Counted from the stretch's first letter, positions 26,037 through 39,022 are shown. The stretch: DNA of 64,000 bases from Eledone cirrhosa (GCA_964016885.1 OZ024752.1:9920001-9984000); one strand, 5' to 3'. Numbers and translations: made by a program. Notes: generated by a model from the letters alone, not told the origin.

Positions 26037-26112
26037 TCAACACACTATTTCAGATAAGAAATCTCGTTAAACAAATAAAAAAAAATGAATTATATATATA
26101 GAGAGAGAGAGA

Positions 26113-26194
<82 letters not shown>

Positions 26195-26510
26195 TATCTG
26201 TGTGTGTGTGTGCATATATATGTATATATATGTGTGTGTGCGTTTATCAAACTTTAACAAGAGACAATCTCACAATCTGTATAGAATTTAAAAACATATG
26301 CTTCATTACAATATCATGTTAACATTTACAACAATCTAAAATATAGATACCTGATAAAAATAATGTATATTTTAATATTATTTTTTATCAGGTATCTATA
26401 TTTTAGATTGTTCTTAAATGTTAACAAAAGATATTGAAATGAAGCATATGTTTTATATTCTATACAGATTGTAAGATTGTCTCCTGTTAAAGTTTGATAA
26501 GTTCTATTGT

Positions 26511-26554
<44 letters not shown>

Positions 26555-26598
26555 ACACACACACGCATATATATATATATATATATAATATAGAAAAG

Positions 26599-26647
26599 GC
26601 ATCTACAGAACTAGAACTGTTTCATACGGAAGAAATCCTCAGGAAGC
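26599..26647 (-). ncRNA. Hammerhead ribozyme motif (12829/53344 family)
   Basis: gcttc-CTGAGGA-tttcttccgtat-GAAA-cag-ttctagtt-ctg-TA-gatgc. Confidence 0.65.
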
Positions 26648-26752
26648 TCTGATATATATATATATATATATATATTATAATTATCAAGGTTTAGCAAATA
26701 ATGAAAAAGTTTCAAAATAAATTTTAAAAAATTAACTTTACTTACTATAGTT

Positions 26753-26834
26753 ACCTTTACCGACGGTTTCGAATCTCAAAAATAAACGGAGACCATACGG
26801 CCTTCGTTGCAAAGAAAGATTGTCGTCAGAAGGT
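26753..26834 (-). ncRNA. Type-I hammerhead ribozyme with extended stem II
   Basis: acctt-CTGACGA-cAATCT...AGATTc-GAAA-ccg-t-cgg-TA-aaggt. Confidence 0.8.
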
Positions 26835-26913
26835 TCTTTTCATTCGAAGAATATAAAATTCTTGAATTTAAATTACGAACTAGCGCTATCCAAAACTGTT
26901 CCCGAGATGAGAG

Positions 26914-26980
<67 letters not shown>

Positions 26981-27494
26981 CTTAATCTGTTATTTTAATA
27001 AACACTATAAGAATGGCCCGGGGTTGCTCGGAATTCTAAACATAGATTGGCATGTTTATCCCTCCTTTCTGAAACAGTTTCGTCGTATGTTCACCAATTG
27101 ATGCAGAAGTGCTAATAAAAAGTGAAGTCATCTTGGGTGAATAGGCAAAATATTTTCCATTAAGATTTTTCAAAAGCATGTAATTGCGTTCCCTCTCTTT
27201 TTTGTTGCTGTCTTTGCTGCTGTTGGTCTGATAGCTGCCGTTGGTCGTACTACTAACACAATCTCGTCCTTCTTCAGCCAATTGTGTATGTCCACTTGTG
27301 CCTCGTCAGCAATGAGAACAATATTTTCTCTAGGGTTCTTATATATTTGATATATATTTATCCTTATCGAGCCTCGTGAAATAAATACGTTTGTTTACAT
27401 TTTGTTATTTTGTATGCAAAAATATATGTACACGAATATATAATTATATATATATATATACATTATTATTATATATATATATACATTAATAAAT

Positions 27495-27541
27495 TGCTCC
27501 GAAGAATCCAAACCTCGGTTTAGAGGAAACAATTGTAAGCA
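27495..27541 (+). ncRNA. Hammerhead-like motif (variant core CCGAAGA)
   Basis: tgct-CCGAAGA-atccAAACCtcGGTTTagag-GAAA-CAATTG-TA-agca. Confidence 0.6.
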
Positions 27542-27575
27542 TATAAATGTTTTGATCAGAACATTGATTCTTATA

Positions 27576-27642
<67 letters not shown>

Positions 27643-27652
27643 TAACAGATTA

Positions 27653-27705
27653 AAGTTTTAGCGAATAATCGCTGCTTTCATCCTTAACAGGATCTTCTAA
27701 AACTT
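27653..27705 (-). ncRNA. Hammerhead-like motif (variant core TAGAAGA; 7335 family)
   Basis: aagttt-TAGAAGA-TCCTgttaAGGAt-GAAA-gc...gc-TA-aaactt. Confidence 0.55.
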
Positions 27706-27944
27706 AAAAAATCAATCTGTGAAACGGAGAAGTAAATATTTAAAAAAACCTTACACACTATATATACACACACACATACACACACACATACATATAGTGT
27801 CATAATGTCGTAATGCAGACAGCCAGACATACAGACATTCTCTATTTTAGATATACAGATTTGCTCTATTGTTTTATATATTTTGATATATATATTATCC
27901 TCATCGAGCCCTCTTCGGATTTTAATCTTCGAATTTATTATTAT

Positions 27945-28000
<56 letters not shown>

Positions 28001-28689
28001 TTTAATCTGTTATTTTAATAAATACTTGCTCTATAGTTTTATATATTTTGATATATATATTATCCTCTTCGGATTTTAGTCTTCACATTTATTATTATCA
28101 CGATATATATATAAATATATATATGTATATATATTATTCTCTTAGAAAAAGAAAGAGTAACACAATTCATTTAAAGTACTTAATATATGAGGTAGAGGCT
28201 AATTACTTTAATTCAGTAGTGCTATATACAATACCATTTCGGATTCCTCCTTTAATAATCTCACCAGAAATTCGAAAGAAACAAATGGGAAAGTGGCTGA
28301 GCACATTTTAGAATATTAGACAACCATGGAACCTGCATTTCTATAGTCCGAGGCGTTTTCATTTTGGGTTCAGTAGTACTGTGCTTAGAGTCTATAAATG
28401 TTTAGAAAGTGTTTCCAGTATCACAATACTGGTACAGTTTGTACACAGTATATTTTGTCTTCCTTCCACAACAAAGCGGGAGAGACAGAGGGAGTGACAG
28501 TGGGAGTTTGGTTCTCTAGTGTTCGGATCTGGTGTATATGTACATATCTATTTACCACACCGTATTAATTATTTAAAATAAAACTATTTGACGAACTGTT
28601 ATTGTCAAATATATAAGTACAGGTTTATAAAATAGAAGACTCAATTTTAAAAATAAAATTCAGTAAGAATAAATAAAAAGAGGGGGAAC

Positions 28690-28870
28690 CAAACTTCTGG
28701 TGTCCTCGGGCCCAGGGCTACCTCCTTACTCACCACCATAGGCGCTGAGCTGGCCAGCCGCAGGTGTGAGCCCCGCGAGTTGGAGTGGCTTTTCCAATGC
28801 GTCTCCCTTGGCGTCCTCCGGGGAAGCGCCTTCTTCATTCTCTCCGCCGGGGCTGTGGGTGGGCCCCATC
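28690..28870 (+). mobile_element. CRE-like LINE 3' end
   Basis: Highly similar to 21332-21510. Confidence 0.85.
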
Positions 28871-29129
28871 GCGTACCAATACATTAGTTAAATACCATTC
28901 GTCCATCTGATACAACACAATAAAGTTCATTTTACAAGAAAAAAAAAAGAAAGAATAAGGTAATATAGAAAATAAAGAGAGAAAGAAAGAAGAAAAAGAA
29001 CGGGAAGGGCAGGGGATGGCAAGAGCTCTGGTGTGGTAGAAAAGAGGGAAGGTGTGAAGGGGGAATGTGATTGGGCTTTGGGCCTAGGGCAAGATGGCAG
29101 GAGTGATGCGCTTCACTGACGAGACGGCA

Positions 29130-29535
29130 AAAGCATTCCCGAGGATGATGGCCAGTGACAGCCGCTGCAACATCCACCCAACCTCGCAGGGCTCCCTCCT
29201 CAGACGGGCCGCTGATGCTGATGCGGTAGTACGCGGTCCAAGTACGCCTGAGGTCTCGACGGCGACCGGCAGGAATCACCATCTTCCCATTCGAAGGAGG
29301 TAGATCCCTCATCTGGGACACCACCTGCTGTGATACGTTCTCCGCCTCCAACTTAGTCACTTCGGCCACAAACCGCGGCATCACAGCCCGCCTCGTAGAA
29401 GAACGTAAAATAAACAAATACCGGGGTTTGTGCGGCCGCTTCCTCTTCGTACTGGTCACCGTTGAGACCTCAGACATACTTAGACCCCGTACTGCCGAGC
29501 TCTTCCGCAAGATCGGAGCGTCGGCGGCCCATAGA
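29130..29535 (+). mobile_element. Degenerate CRE-like RLE fragment
   Basis: RRRPAGITIFPFEGGRSLIWDTTCCDTFSASNL...VEERKINKYRGL...VETS. Confidence 0.8.
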
Positions 29536-30444
29536 CTAAATAGCATGTCGCAAGTCAAAGTTATATGAGTAAGGACACTATCTCCATATATGGGAATTTC
29601 ATTAATCATTGATCGTGCTATATCTCGAAACCGACATTTCTAGAGTAAGGTTGTTATCAAGGATTTCTATGAATCATAACCCTTTAGCATTTAAACCGGC
29701 CATTCTGGCCAGAATTATCTCACCTCTTTCTGTTCAAACTGGTTGTAACCAGCCACTCATATTAATGTTAATGTTTTGTTCTCAAAATAAATAATATAAA
29801 ATCTCATAGATTCAAGATTATGCGAGATAATTAAGTAAGCTAAAGCCTTTACCATGAAAATATAATAGTAAATATAGAGTAATGTAAATGCTAAAGGTTT
29901 AAATGGAAGACTTTCCATTGCTGGGTTGAGACAACCACAAGGGTTTGCGGCAAAGAAATACTATAATATCCACAGTTTATTAAGCAATAAAGGAACAAGA
30001 TGGTGCCCAATAATAAGCAGGAACAGTCATCTCGGGACATACACGCTACTTCTCACCGTCAGTGCAATTCCAACAGTATCTTTCCATATTGCGTACATTT
30101 TCATGATAATCAGAGCGGCAACCTTAATGGAAATGGGAACGAACACGCCGTAGTATGTGTGTGCATGTGTCTGTGTGAGTGTGTATGTGTGTGTGTGTGT
30201 ATGTGTGTATATATACAGAGAGCGATAGAGTGATATATATATATATATAGATAGATAGATAGAGAGGGGGAGTGAGAGTTTCTAGAAATTATGAAATCTA
30301 CTATAACGTATAAAACGATCTAATTTTAAGTTTCTTGAAAGTGGTTAATATAATAATTGGCTGGAGACTAGCATAACACATGTACTTCCAGAAGGTGTGT
30401 GTGTGTGTGTGTGTGTGCGTGTGCGTGTGCGTGTGTGTGTGCGT

Positions 30445-30476
<32 letters not shown>

Positions 30477-30777
30477 TTTAACAACTGTAGTAATTTCAAT
30501 ATTGAAATATGTGTAGAGTATTCAACCTCCTGCGAATAGTAATAATGTTATTTTATATAATACAAGATTTACAAATCTAACATTACAGATGTTCCCCAAA
30601 AACAACCGGGCCTAATATGGTGGCAAGGAAATATTTTTGAAAAAAAATACCTTCCTATCAATATCGAAAGTATGATTACGAAGGACTAATCGTGAAATAT
30701 GCGTAGTACAGACTTGTAAAACTGTGTGTTATATAAAACGACACAGCCACGCACACGCAGACACACGCAATAAATAT

Positions 30778-31330
30778 ATTGTTATACTTTGGGTGGGTCA
30801 TGTTGCCAATAAGAAACACACGCACCAGTTGCTTTCACTTCAATTTATTATAATACATTTATAAATTTAGGAATTTATAAATTTCTGGTTGGTTGGTTCC
30901 ACAACCAGATGGTTGTTTAATATATTGTCAAAGTTCTTTCGTCACACATTCTGTGACCTCTTCAGTCACTGGGGATTCTTTTCTTTGTTTTTGTGCCTCT
31001 CATTTGTTCTGTCCTACGCCATCTTGTTTCTGTGTGTGTGTATTGTGTGCTCAGTCTGCGCATGCGCCACATCCGGGTGTCTGTGTCTGTTTATATTCGT
31101 TTATTTATTTGTTTATTTACATGTTACTGGTTGGTTGTTTGTTCTATGTGCGTGTGTGTTTTCATTGTGTCCTTAATTGTAAGTTGTGATGTTGCTGTTC
31201 CACTCATATTTTCTATTTAATTTTGGTTGTAATTCTTTTATGTTTATTGCCTCTGTGATTTGTCTAAACATTGCGTCTTTTCTGTGTGTAGATTTTATTT
31301 TTATTTCTATGTTCTCTAATTTATCTTTAT
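30778..31330 (-). mobile_element. Penelope-like 3' remnant with a degenerate HHR (30925-30970) and a 25855-family tail
   Basis: Minus strand reads gtga-CTGAAGA-gGTCACagaatgtGTGAC-GAAA-gaac-TT-tgac. The tail closely matches the 25957-26030 arm. Confidence 0.65.
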
Positions 31331-31364
31331 GTTCTATTTTAGCATGTTGGTAGAGTACAGATGA

Positions 31365-31575
31365 TTAATATTAATTCAAAATATTAATAAACGTAGACAT
31401 TCACTAGTAGTACTTATGGTATATTTTGAACCATCAGCACAGTTGAGGTATGTCATACATCAATTTATGTATTTTATCTGATGAGGACGTACTGAAAAAC
31501 AGCACAATACCTCCGAAATATATATAAAAAATATATTTTGATTACGTGAATCTCTACATTTATTAATATTTTAAA

Positions 31576-31584
<9 letters not shown>
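31365..31584 (+). mobile_element. Fold-back element with an internal HHR (31472-31529)
   Basis: Ends aatattaattcaaaatattaataaacgtagacattcac and gtgaatctctacatttattaatattttaaattaatatt. Internal ttttat-CTGATGA-GGA...TCC-GAAA-tata-TA-taaaa. Confidence 0.75.
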
Positions 31585-31608
<24 letters not shown>

Positions 31609-31907
31609 ACATAAATCTTATATCTAAAAAAAGAAGTATGACTATCTACGAGGGAAATTGCAGACCTGTCGACTCTCCGCGTTCGACGGGGTGACCTCCC
31701 ACTCATTTAGGAGTGGGTGAGAGATGTCTTCTCTTGTGAAAATGGGTATAGCTTTCAATGTATAAAATCTCCCCATTTTGTCTCGTTTGGGGGTACTTAC
31801 TTTCTCCCCATTTGGGGGTACTTTTTTTCATGGTACTCCCCATTTTTAGAGGTTAATAGGTCCGAAACTGCCTTTCTATATCTGCCTTTCAATCTAATTA
31901 GCTATCG

Positions 31908-32095
31908 ATAGTCGATCGAATTTCGTCAAATCAGACCGAGGAAACAATGTTTCCATTGGTCTTTCCAATTGCTAATACTTTCTATCGGTCGCAACTCCAG
32001 TTAGAAGGAGCAAAGTGAAATAAAGTGTCTTGCCCAACGACACAACGCATCACCCATTCCGGGATCGAACTCACGACCTCACTTTTGAGAGTCCA
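31908..32095 (-). mobile_element. CORE-type tRNA SINE
   Basis: Reverse complement of the 18912-19133 family. Confidence 0.85.
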
Positions 32096-32449
32096 ATAAT
32101 TGGCTATATAAGAGTTAAATAGTACATCGAATTACTCCATTAGATAAACCATTTTCTCCGTCTTAATAAATAACCCATTACACCCCTGGCCATAATCTAT
32201 TTATGGTCCCTCTACATTTAAATATTCACTAATTAATACATCATGACACACATATATTTGCATTGATGTATGTTATGTTGTATATAAGTCAGACATATTT
32301 ATCTTTTATTACTGTACTTCTCTACAAAGACCATTTCCATATAAATCTATAGAGATAACATCCTTTCATTTTAAATATTTGATCATAAGCCAGCATCTGC
32401 TTCAAACGGGTTCTAACATCATTAAATATACATGATAAAACAATACTAG

Positions 32450-32745
32450 ATAGAGTTACGGCTCTTTCCATTCTTAGCTCAAATCCCACCGAGGTTAACT
32501 TTGCCTTTCATCCTTACGGGGTCGATAAAATAAACTAGCAGTAATGCACAGGCATAATTACTCGCCTTGTGCCAAAAGTAGAAACAATTATTATTGTAGC
32601 ATAGAGTTGTGGCCCTTTACGTTCTGAGTTCAAATCACGCCGTGGTTTGGTTAGCTTTGCCTTTCATCTTTACGGGATCGATAACATAAACCATTAATAA
32701 TACACTGGTGTAACTGCTGGCCTTTTGCGAAAATTAGAAACATTT
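32450..32745 (+). mobile_element. Two tandem 5'-truncated Meta-type SINEs
   Basis: Consensus match twice. Confidence 0.8.
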
Positions 32746-33104
32746 TTTAAGTAAAGAAATTAAGCAATATATATTAAGTAGTAATAAAATAACAATATAT
32801 ATCGAATTATACCTGATATAATCCGCCTACTGAATCCAAGTATTGTCTAATATATTACATTATTGTTTGATATTATTGAAAAACCTCCTCGATATCGCAC
32901 AAATACAATAAGGTTTCTGATAAAAATACAATTAAAATTTCATTCACCATAACACCTACTTTAGCTGACAATATAGCTTTTAGTAACCAGATGAATATGA
33001 AAATAATTATTGTTTTTCTACGAAAATCATTAGCAAGGTTATATTCAATAATCGAAAATAAAATTAAATAAAGAAACCAAAGTAGCAAATGTGTATTCTA
33101 ATAA

Positions 33105-33398
33105 TTATTTCTACTATAGGAACAAGGCCAGCCATTTTGGGGAAGGAGAAAGTCGATTAAATCGACTCCAGTACATTACTGGTACTTTATTCTATCGTTC
33201 CCGTAAGGATGAAAGGCAAAGCTAACCACGACCGGAGCAATTATCTCAGTGTATTACTGGTACTTTATTTTATCGACCCCGTAAGGATGAAAGGCAAAGT
33301 TAACCTCGGTGGGATTTGAACGCAGAACGTAAATGGCCGTAACTCTATTCTGAAAAGCATGGTGTCCGACCCTCTGCCGATACTTCCAATCCACCACC
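33105..33398 (-). mobile_element. Two Meta-type SINE copies
   Basis: Reverse-complement consensus. Confidence 0.8.
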
Positions 33399-34799
33399 CT
33401 TATGTGTATTCTAATAATACCGATACTGATAATATCAGCTTGCCCCCTAACATATCTCTCCAGAATATTTACAAATATATAGATCAGCAAATGAATGCCC
33501 TTCTTTACCAGTTCACACTTTTTTCATTACTTTATTGTTTTTCATATTTTTTCTTTTCATATTTCCCTGATTCGTAATTTTGTAAAATTTTGTAAAATTT
33601 TGTAATATATAGTTGACATAAAATGTCTATGCATAATTGATTAAATGTAGGGTTCCTGAGAATTGCCCTGTTAGAAGACATTGTTTTAAGGAGAATGAAG
33701 TATATATATTTATAGCTGACACACATGGTTGACATCTCAACATATTAGGTACAGTTAATTCCTTTAAGGTTGCTACTATTTATGTTTAATGAGGAAATGT
33801 ATATGTACGCCTTTCACAGGACATACATATTAGGTTACCATAGATGAATAACACCATAAGAACTTCTCATAATTAATGCACATAATATCGAATATATGAG
33901 ATGTTAATATTTATTTTGAGAACAATACGTTAACATCAGTAGGAGGGGCCAGTTACAGCCAGTTTGAGCAGAAAGAGGTGAGACAATTCTGGTAGGATAT
34001 GGCCAGTTTAAATGCTAATGAAATCAAATGAAATGTTTAAAGTAGGCATAAATATATAACAATTAGTTTACGACACATACAGAAGAATCATATGTGATAT
34101 TAATGCAATTAGTATCAACAAAGTAATACAATACACGAGTGTCCTAATAAATAACGATCAATATATACAGCAAATTATATATAACTTACTATTAGAATTA
34201 TTACATTAGTGAATGTGATATGATGAAACTAGTTTCCTAGCTTTCTATTCCCTAAAAAACAACCACCCCCTTAAAAGTACAAACATTTAACAATATGATA
34301 ATAGTAGATTTAATTTTAGACTTACATTAATCGAGGAGATTACCTTCTGTCTCTGGTGTGGTAAATATATATATATATATGATGACTGCCCCCTCGTTAT
34401 CGAGTATGGTCATTGCACGATATACCATTATTAATAATTATTAATTAGTTCTATCGTGCAATGCCTGTGCGTGAAAATATTTTTTGAAGTGAGGAAATAC
34501 TGTGCACTGAGCCAATCCCACTCTCTGAGCGACAGTAGCTACAACCCGAAATATATATATATATATATATACATATTTCTTTTCAATGGCTGACACTACT
34601 TTACCGGCGCCACTCGAATAAGGTAGTTATTTAACCCATAAATGGAGCCCTAACAGGTAGTACTACTCCAGGCCAGAGCAGACCTGGGAGTTATGACAAC
34701 TGAGGAGTAACTCCCCATTCCCGACAGCTCCTGAACTCCCGAACTGGAGCCTTGCCACTGGATGTAGTTTAATGTCATACCCAGGACAATTGCTGTAGT

Positions 34800-35200
34800 G
34801 GAGTATGTACGGGTCTGAGACTTGGATACTGACCAAGAAACTCACTCAGATGGTGGATGGGTGCTACACGAGAATGCTGAGAATGGCTATGAACATTAAT
34901 CAGTATACACTGAGGATGAAAAACTCAGAGCTGTATGGGAGCCTCCCAACAGTCATCCCAAAAGTGACACAGAGGAGATTGAGGTTAGCTGGACATGCTC
35001 ACCGACATCCAGAGTTGTCATTGCACTCAGTGCTCTTGTGGGAGCCCCTACATGGACACACTGGAAGAGCAAGACCAAGGTTAATGTATGTTGATGCCCT
35101 AAGGACAGACACTGGTCTGTTGGAGACGCAGGACATGGCAGCAATAATGAGGGACAGAAACCGCTGGAGAGAACTCGTCCATGGATCTCGGGAATTTTAC
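34800..35200 (+). mobile_element. RTE LINE 3' fragment with open frame (134 aa)
   Basis: YGSETWILTK...DGCYTRMLR...RRLRLAGHAHRHPE...LLWEP.HG..GR.RP...MRDRNRWR. Confidence 0.9.
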
Positions 35201-35207
35201 CCGCCCT

Positions 35208-35251
<44 letters not shown>

Positions 35252-35327
35252 GGTCCGAATACAATGGAATCAAACTCCCACTGTTACTACCACGGTCTCT
35301 CTCGCTGTATCTCCCTATCTCTCACTA

Positions 35328-35685
35328 TTATGAGCAAAAGGGGGCCGACGTGCTGGCCACTTCGGGGTCTCGAGGGGCAGAATAGAGAAGGCGTTTCCCC
35401 GGGATGGTGAGGGAGATTCACACCTGGGGGTAGCCAACTCTGTACCGATGATAGTGAGTAGTTAGGTGGTTCTAGGGCGAAGAACACGACGAGTCTCCAC
35501 TGCTACGGGCTGGACCGCAAATCTGTTGGAGAGTGACCGTCATTTGCAGAACTTGACCTACTTGGTCTGAAGTGAAGCAGAGCCTGGTTTAGTCATAGAC
35601 TGCACGAGGTTGCCGCTGGAGAATGTGTCGCTGCATGTGGCATCCCAGTTAGGGGGTTTCCTACCACGGGACGGGAAGATAGAAT
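35328..35685 (-). mobile_element. CRE-like LINE 3' fragment
   Basis: Minus strand reads RGRKPPNWDATCSDTFSSGNLVQSMTKPGS, with a 3' tail matching 21470-21510. Confidence 0.75.
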
Positions 35686-35956
35686 TTAACTAAAATTGGA
35701 ATGAATGACATATAAAAATCGCAGAAGATCACAACATCAAAGCTGAGAAATAAATAATTTATATTTAACAGCCGTGAAAAGGTTTTTTTAAATATGAAAG
35801 TAAGCTCATTACAACAGAAATAATTTAAACATAAATGGAGAAGAAGTTCTTTATCTCTATTTTAAAATAAACAGGAACAAATATTGTGTTTTTTCCCTTG
35901 TGTCAGAAATGAGATAACTACAAACCTAATGAGGTAAACATATTAATATTCTGGCA

Positions 35957-36145
35957 GTGGTTTGGCAGTATCGGTTGAGGGTCGGACACCATGCTTTGCA
36001 GCAAAGATTTACGGCCCTTGTCATTCTGAGTTCAAATCCCGCTGAGGTTAACTTTGCATTTCATCCTTACGAGGTCGATAAAATAAAGTAGCAGAAATGT
36101 ACTGGTTAATTGCTGGCCTTGTGCCAAAAAGTAGCAACAATTATT
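35957..36145 (+). mobile_element. Meta-type SINE
   Basis: Consensus match. Confidence 0.85.
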
Positions 36146-36373
36146 TAATTTAAATGGAGGTAATACGATTCGTTCTCTAATTTCACGTATATTTTCTAAT
36201 TTCAGAGTATAATTCGTTCAGAAACAAGTAAATTAATTAGTTGAAATAATAAAGAATTTATGTTATTGTGGAAGGGAAACATCTATGAGAATCGGAGGAA
36301 ATGAATATTGATACTTTTTGTGCAAAAAAGAATGGTTGCTTGTATTTGGTATTCTACTATTTGTTCATTTTTA

Positions 36374-36796
36374 TTGGCAGTATCGGTGGAGGGTCAGACG
36401 CCATGCTTTGTAACCTAGAGTTACGACCTTTTACGGTCGGAGTTCAAATCCCGCCGAGGTTAACTTTGCCTTTCATCCTTACGGGGGGAGGGGGGTGATA
36501 AAATAAAGTACCAGTAATCAACAGTCGATCGACTTTAGTGAAATCGGACCGAGGAAACAATGCTTCCATTTGTCTATCAAGTTGCTAATACTATCTATCG
36601 TCCGTAACTCCAGGTAGAAGGAGCAACGTGAAATAAAGTGTCTTGCTCAAGGACATAACACATCGCTCGGTCCAAGAATCGAACTGACAACTAATCTATT
36701 GCGAATCCAATTCTCTAATCACTCGGTCACGCGCCTTCACCAGTAATGCACTGAGGTAATTACTGGTATTGTGCCAAAAGTAGAAACAATTATTAT
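36374..36796 (+). mobile_element. Meta-type SINE interrupted by a CORE-type SINE
   Basis: 5' part at 36374-36518 and 3' part at 36741-36796. Confidence 0.85.
36519..36740 (-). mobile_element. CORE-type SINE, full length, with TSD
   Basis: Flanked by the direct repeat (ac)cagtaat at 36510-36518 and 36739-36747. Confidence 0.88.
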
Positions 36797-36884
36797 TGAG
36801 TTCAAATTCCTGAGTACACTCAGCACCCTTTGGAAGGATAGAGCTCATACAAGGCCCACCAAAACGAAAGTAATCCAATCATTA

Positions 36885-37290
36885 GTGTTGTCGGTAGCTC
36901 TATATGGTTGTGGGTCTTGAACTTTAAAGGTGAGTGACTTGAAACGTCTGAGTACATGTGAAATTACATGCTATAGGTGCGCACTTAGAATCAGCTGGAC
37001 AGCTCACAGAACAAATGAATCTGTTCTGAAAGAGATTGGCGCCAATCGACAGTTGGTTGAAACCGTAAGGAACAAGGAAACTTTAGTATTTTGGTCATGT
37101 CATAAGGGCCCTAAGATTAACAACCCACATCCTTGAGGGACGAATACAAGAAAAAAGGGCCAGGGGACGGCAGAAAAGATGGACAGATGATATTAAAGAA
37201 TCGATAGGAAGGAGTTTGGCGGAATGTACGGCAATGGCAAGTGACAGGAAAAGATGGAAAGGGCTGGTCCATAAGTCCATGACCCCTAAC
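36885..37290 (+). mobile_element. RTE LINE 3' fragment (degenerate)
   Basis: VALYGCGS*TLK...E..CYR..LRISWT.HRTNESVL...YFGHVIR...ILEGRI...RGRQKRWTDDIKE. Confidence 0.85.
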
Positions 37291-37401
37291 CTTAGATATG
37301 AGTATGGGATTAGAAAAAGAAGTGTGTGTGTAGGTTTTTGTATAGGTCTGTGAGTTTATGCGTATATATATATATATATAAGTATGCATACGTACACACA
37401 C

Positions 37402-37456
<55 letters not shown>

Positions 37457-37505
37457 CACACACACGCACACACACATATATATATTTTATTAAAATATTG
37501 ATTAA

Positions 37506-37556
37506 AGTTTAAGCAAAGAATGGCTGGTTTCACCCTGAATGGGATCTTCTGAAACT
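37506..37556 (-). ncRNA. Hammerhead-like motif (variant core CAGAAGA; 7335 family)
   Basis: agttt-CAGAAGA-tCCCattcaGGGt-GAAA-cca...tgc-TT-aaact. Confidence 0.55.
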
Positions 37557-37623
37557 CAAAAGTCAATCTGTGAACGCAAAATTAAATATTTCAAAAAACG
37601 TTGCAACCGAAGGAAGACAGGCA

Positions 37624-37883
37624 GACGAAGGGAGTGTGGTAAGGAACCAGATGGACCATGACGCACCAGAGTACTCAATTCTTAGGGTAGTAGAGTGGGT
37701 AATAGGAAAACATTTAACCCCGACGGCAGAGCTCAAGCCGTTTCGACAGCTATTTCTGGAATAAATTAGAATTTTTAGCGTGGTAAGTAACTAGCTATTT
37801 ACCACGCTAAAAATTCTAATTTAGTCCAGAAATAGCCGTCGAAACGGCTTGAGCTCTGCCGTCGGGGTTAAATGTTTTCCTAT
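37624..37883 (-). mobile_element. 'cggc' family fold-back element, ~180-bp palindrome plus tail
   Basis: Near-perfect inverted repeat at 37702-37883, with a tail homologous to 18208-18289. Confidence 0.88.
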
Positions 37884-37889
37884 ATATAT

Positions 37890-38292
37890 AAAGGTTTGTA
37901 TTTGTAAAGCCAAAACATTGCAGGTATGGATATAGAATATAAATGCAAATGCAAAAGATATTGTTGACAATTAGTCTTTTACCTTAAATTTATTTAAATA
38001 TCCTTAAATTTCGAGATAATGTCTCTTCTTCAGAGGGAAGTAAAGTGGTTAAACCAGTGTTCTAAATAGTTTGCCAAGTCATGCTGACAGGAAATGGTGT
38101 AGAGAATCACTATACTATTTCCTGTCAGCATGACTTGGCAAGTTATTTAGAACGCTGGTTTAACCACTTTACTTCCCTCCGAAGAAGAGATAGCATTTAT
38201 ATTCTATATCCATACCTGCATTGTTTGGCTTTACAAATACAAACGTTTATACCTCATTACACAATGCTTCAAGTGAACTATAACTTCCTCCT
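37890..38292. mobile_element. ~360-bp fold-back element with an HHR (38002-38036, minus) and a tail
   Basis: Arms at 37890-38101 and 38112-38250. Minus strand reads cct-CTGAAGA-aGAGAcattaTCTC-GAAA-tt-TA-agg. The right arm lacks this segment. Confidence 0.85.
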
Positions 38293-38402
38293 ATATATAT
38301 ATATGTGTGTATGTGTGTGTGTGTGTGTGTGTGTAAAATAAGAATGTTATTTCTCGCTCTAACACAGCTGATACATAAGAATAAGAATGCATATGTACAC
38401 AC

Positions 38403-38463
<61 letters not shown>

Positions 38464-38640
38464 AACGAGTAGGACCCCGACGTCTGAGCTCAAGCCGTTT
38501 CGACGGCTAATTCTGGTATATATATACATATGTACGTATGGGTTATATCGAACATTAAAAAGGTGACAATCGGTTACCGGAACGGTATATCTTCTAATCC
38601 GGCTCCTTTGATTACGTACACATGTATATATATATATGTG

Positions 38641-38750
<110 letters not shown>

Positions 38751-38757
38751 TATGCAT

Positions 38758-38796
<39 letters not shown>

Positions 38797-38799
<3 letters not shown>

Positions 38800-38986
38800 A
38801 AAACGTTTAACCCCGACGGCAGAGCTCAAGCCGTTTCGACGGCTATTTCTAGTATAGAAATAGCCGTCGAAACGGCTTGGGCTCTGCCGTCTGTTTAAAC
38901 TTTTTCCTATTACCCACTCTACTACCCTAAGTATTGAGTACTCTGGTGCGTTATGGTCCTTCTAGTTCCTTACCACACCTCCTTCG

Positions 38987-38988
<2 letters not shown>
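38797..38988 (+). mobile_element. 'cggc' family fold-back element plus tail (single arm also at 38461-38516)
   Basis: Inverted repeat 38797-38910, then tail cactc...gagta...ccttcgtta. Confidence 0.88.

Positions 38989-39022
<34 letters not shown>

Noticed and set aside
34805-35209. Host protein-coding gene (also ORFs 20849-21382 and 59495-59992)
   Set aside because: They carry clear RTE or CRE retrotransposon motifs and are 5'-truncated.
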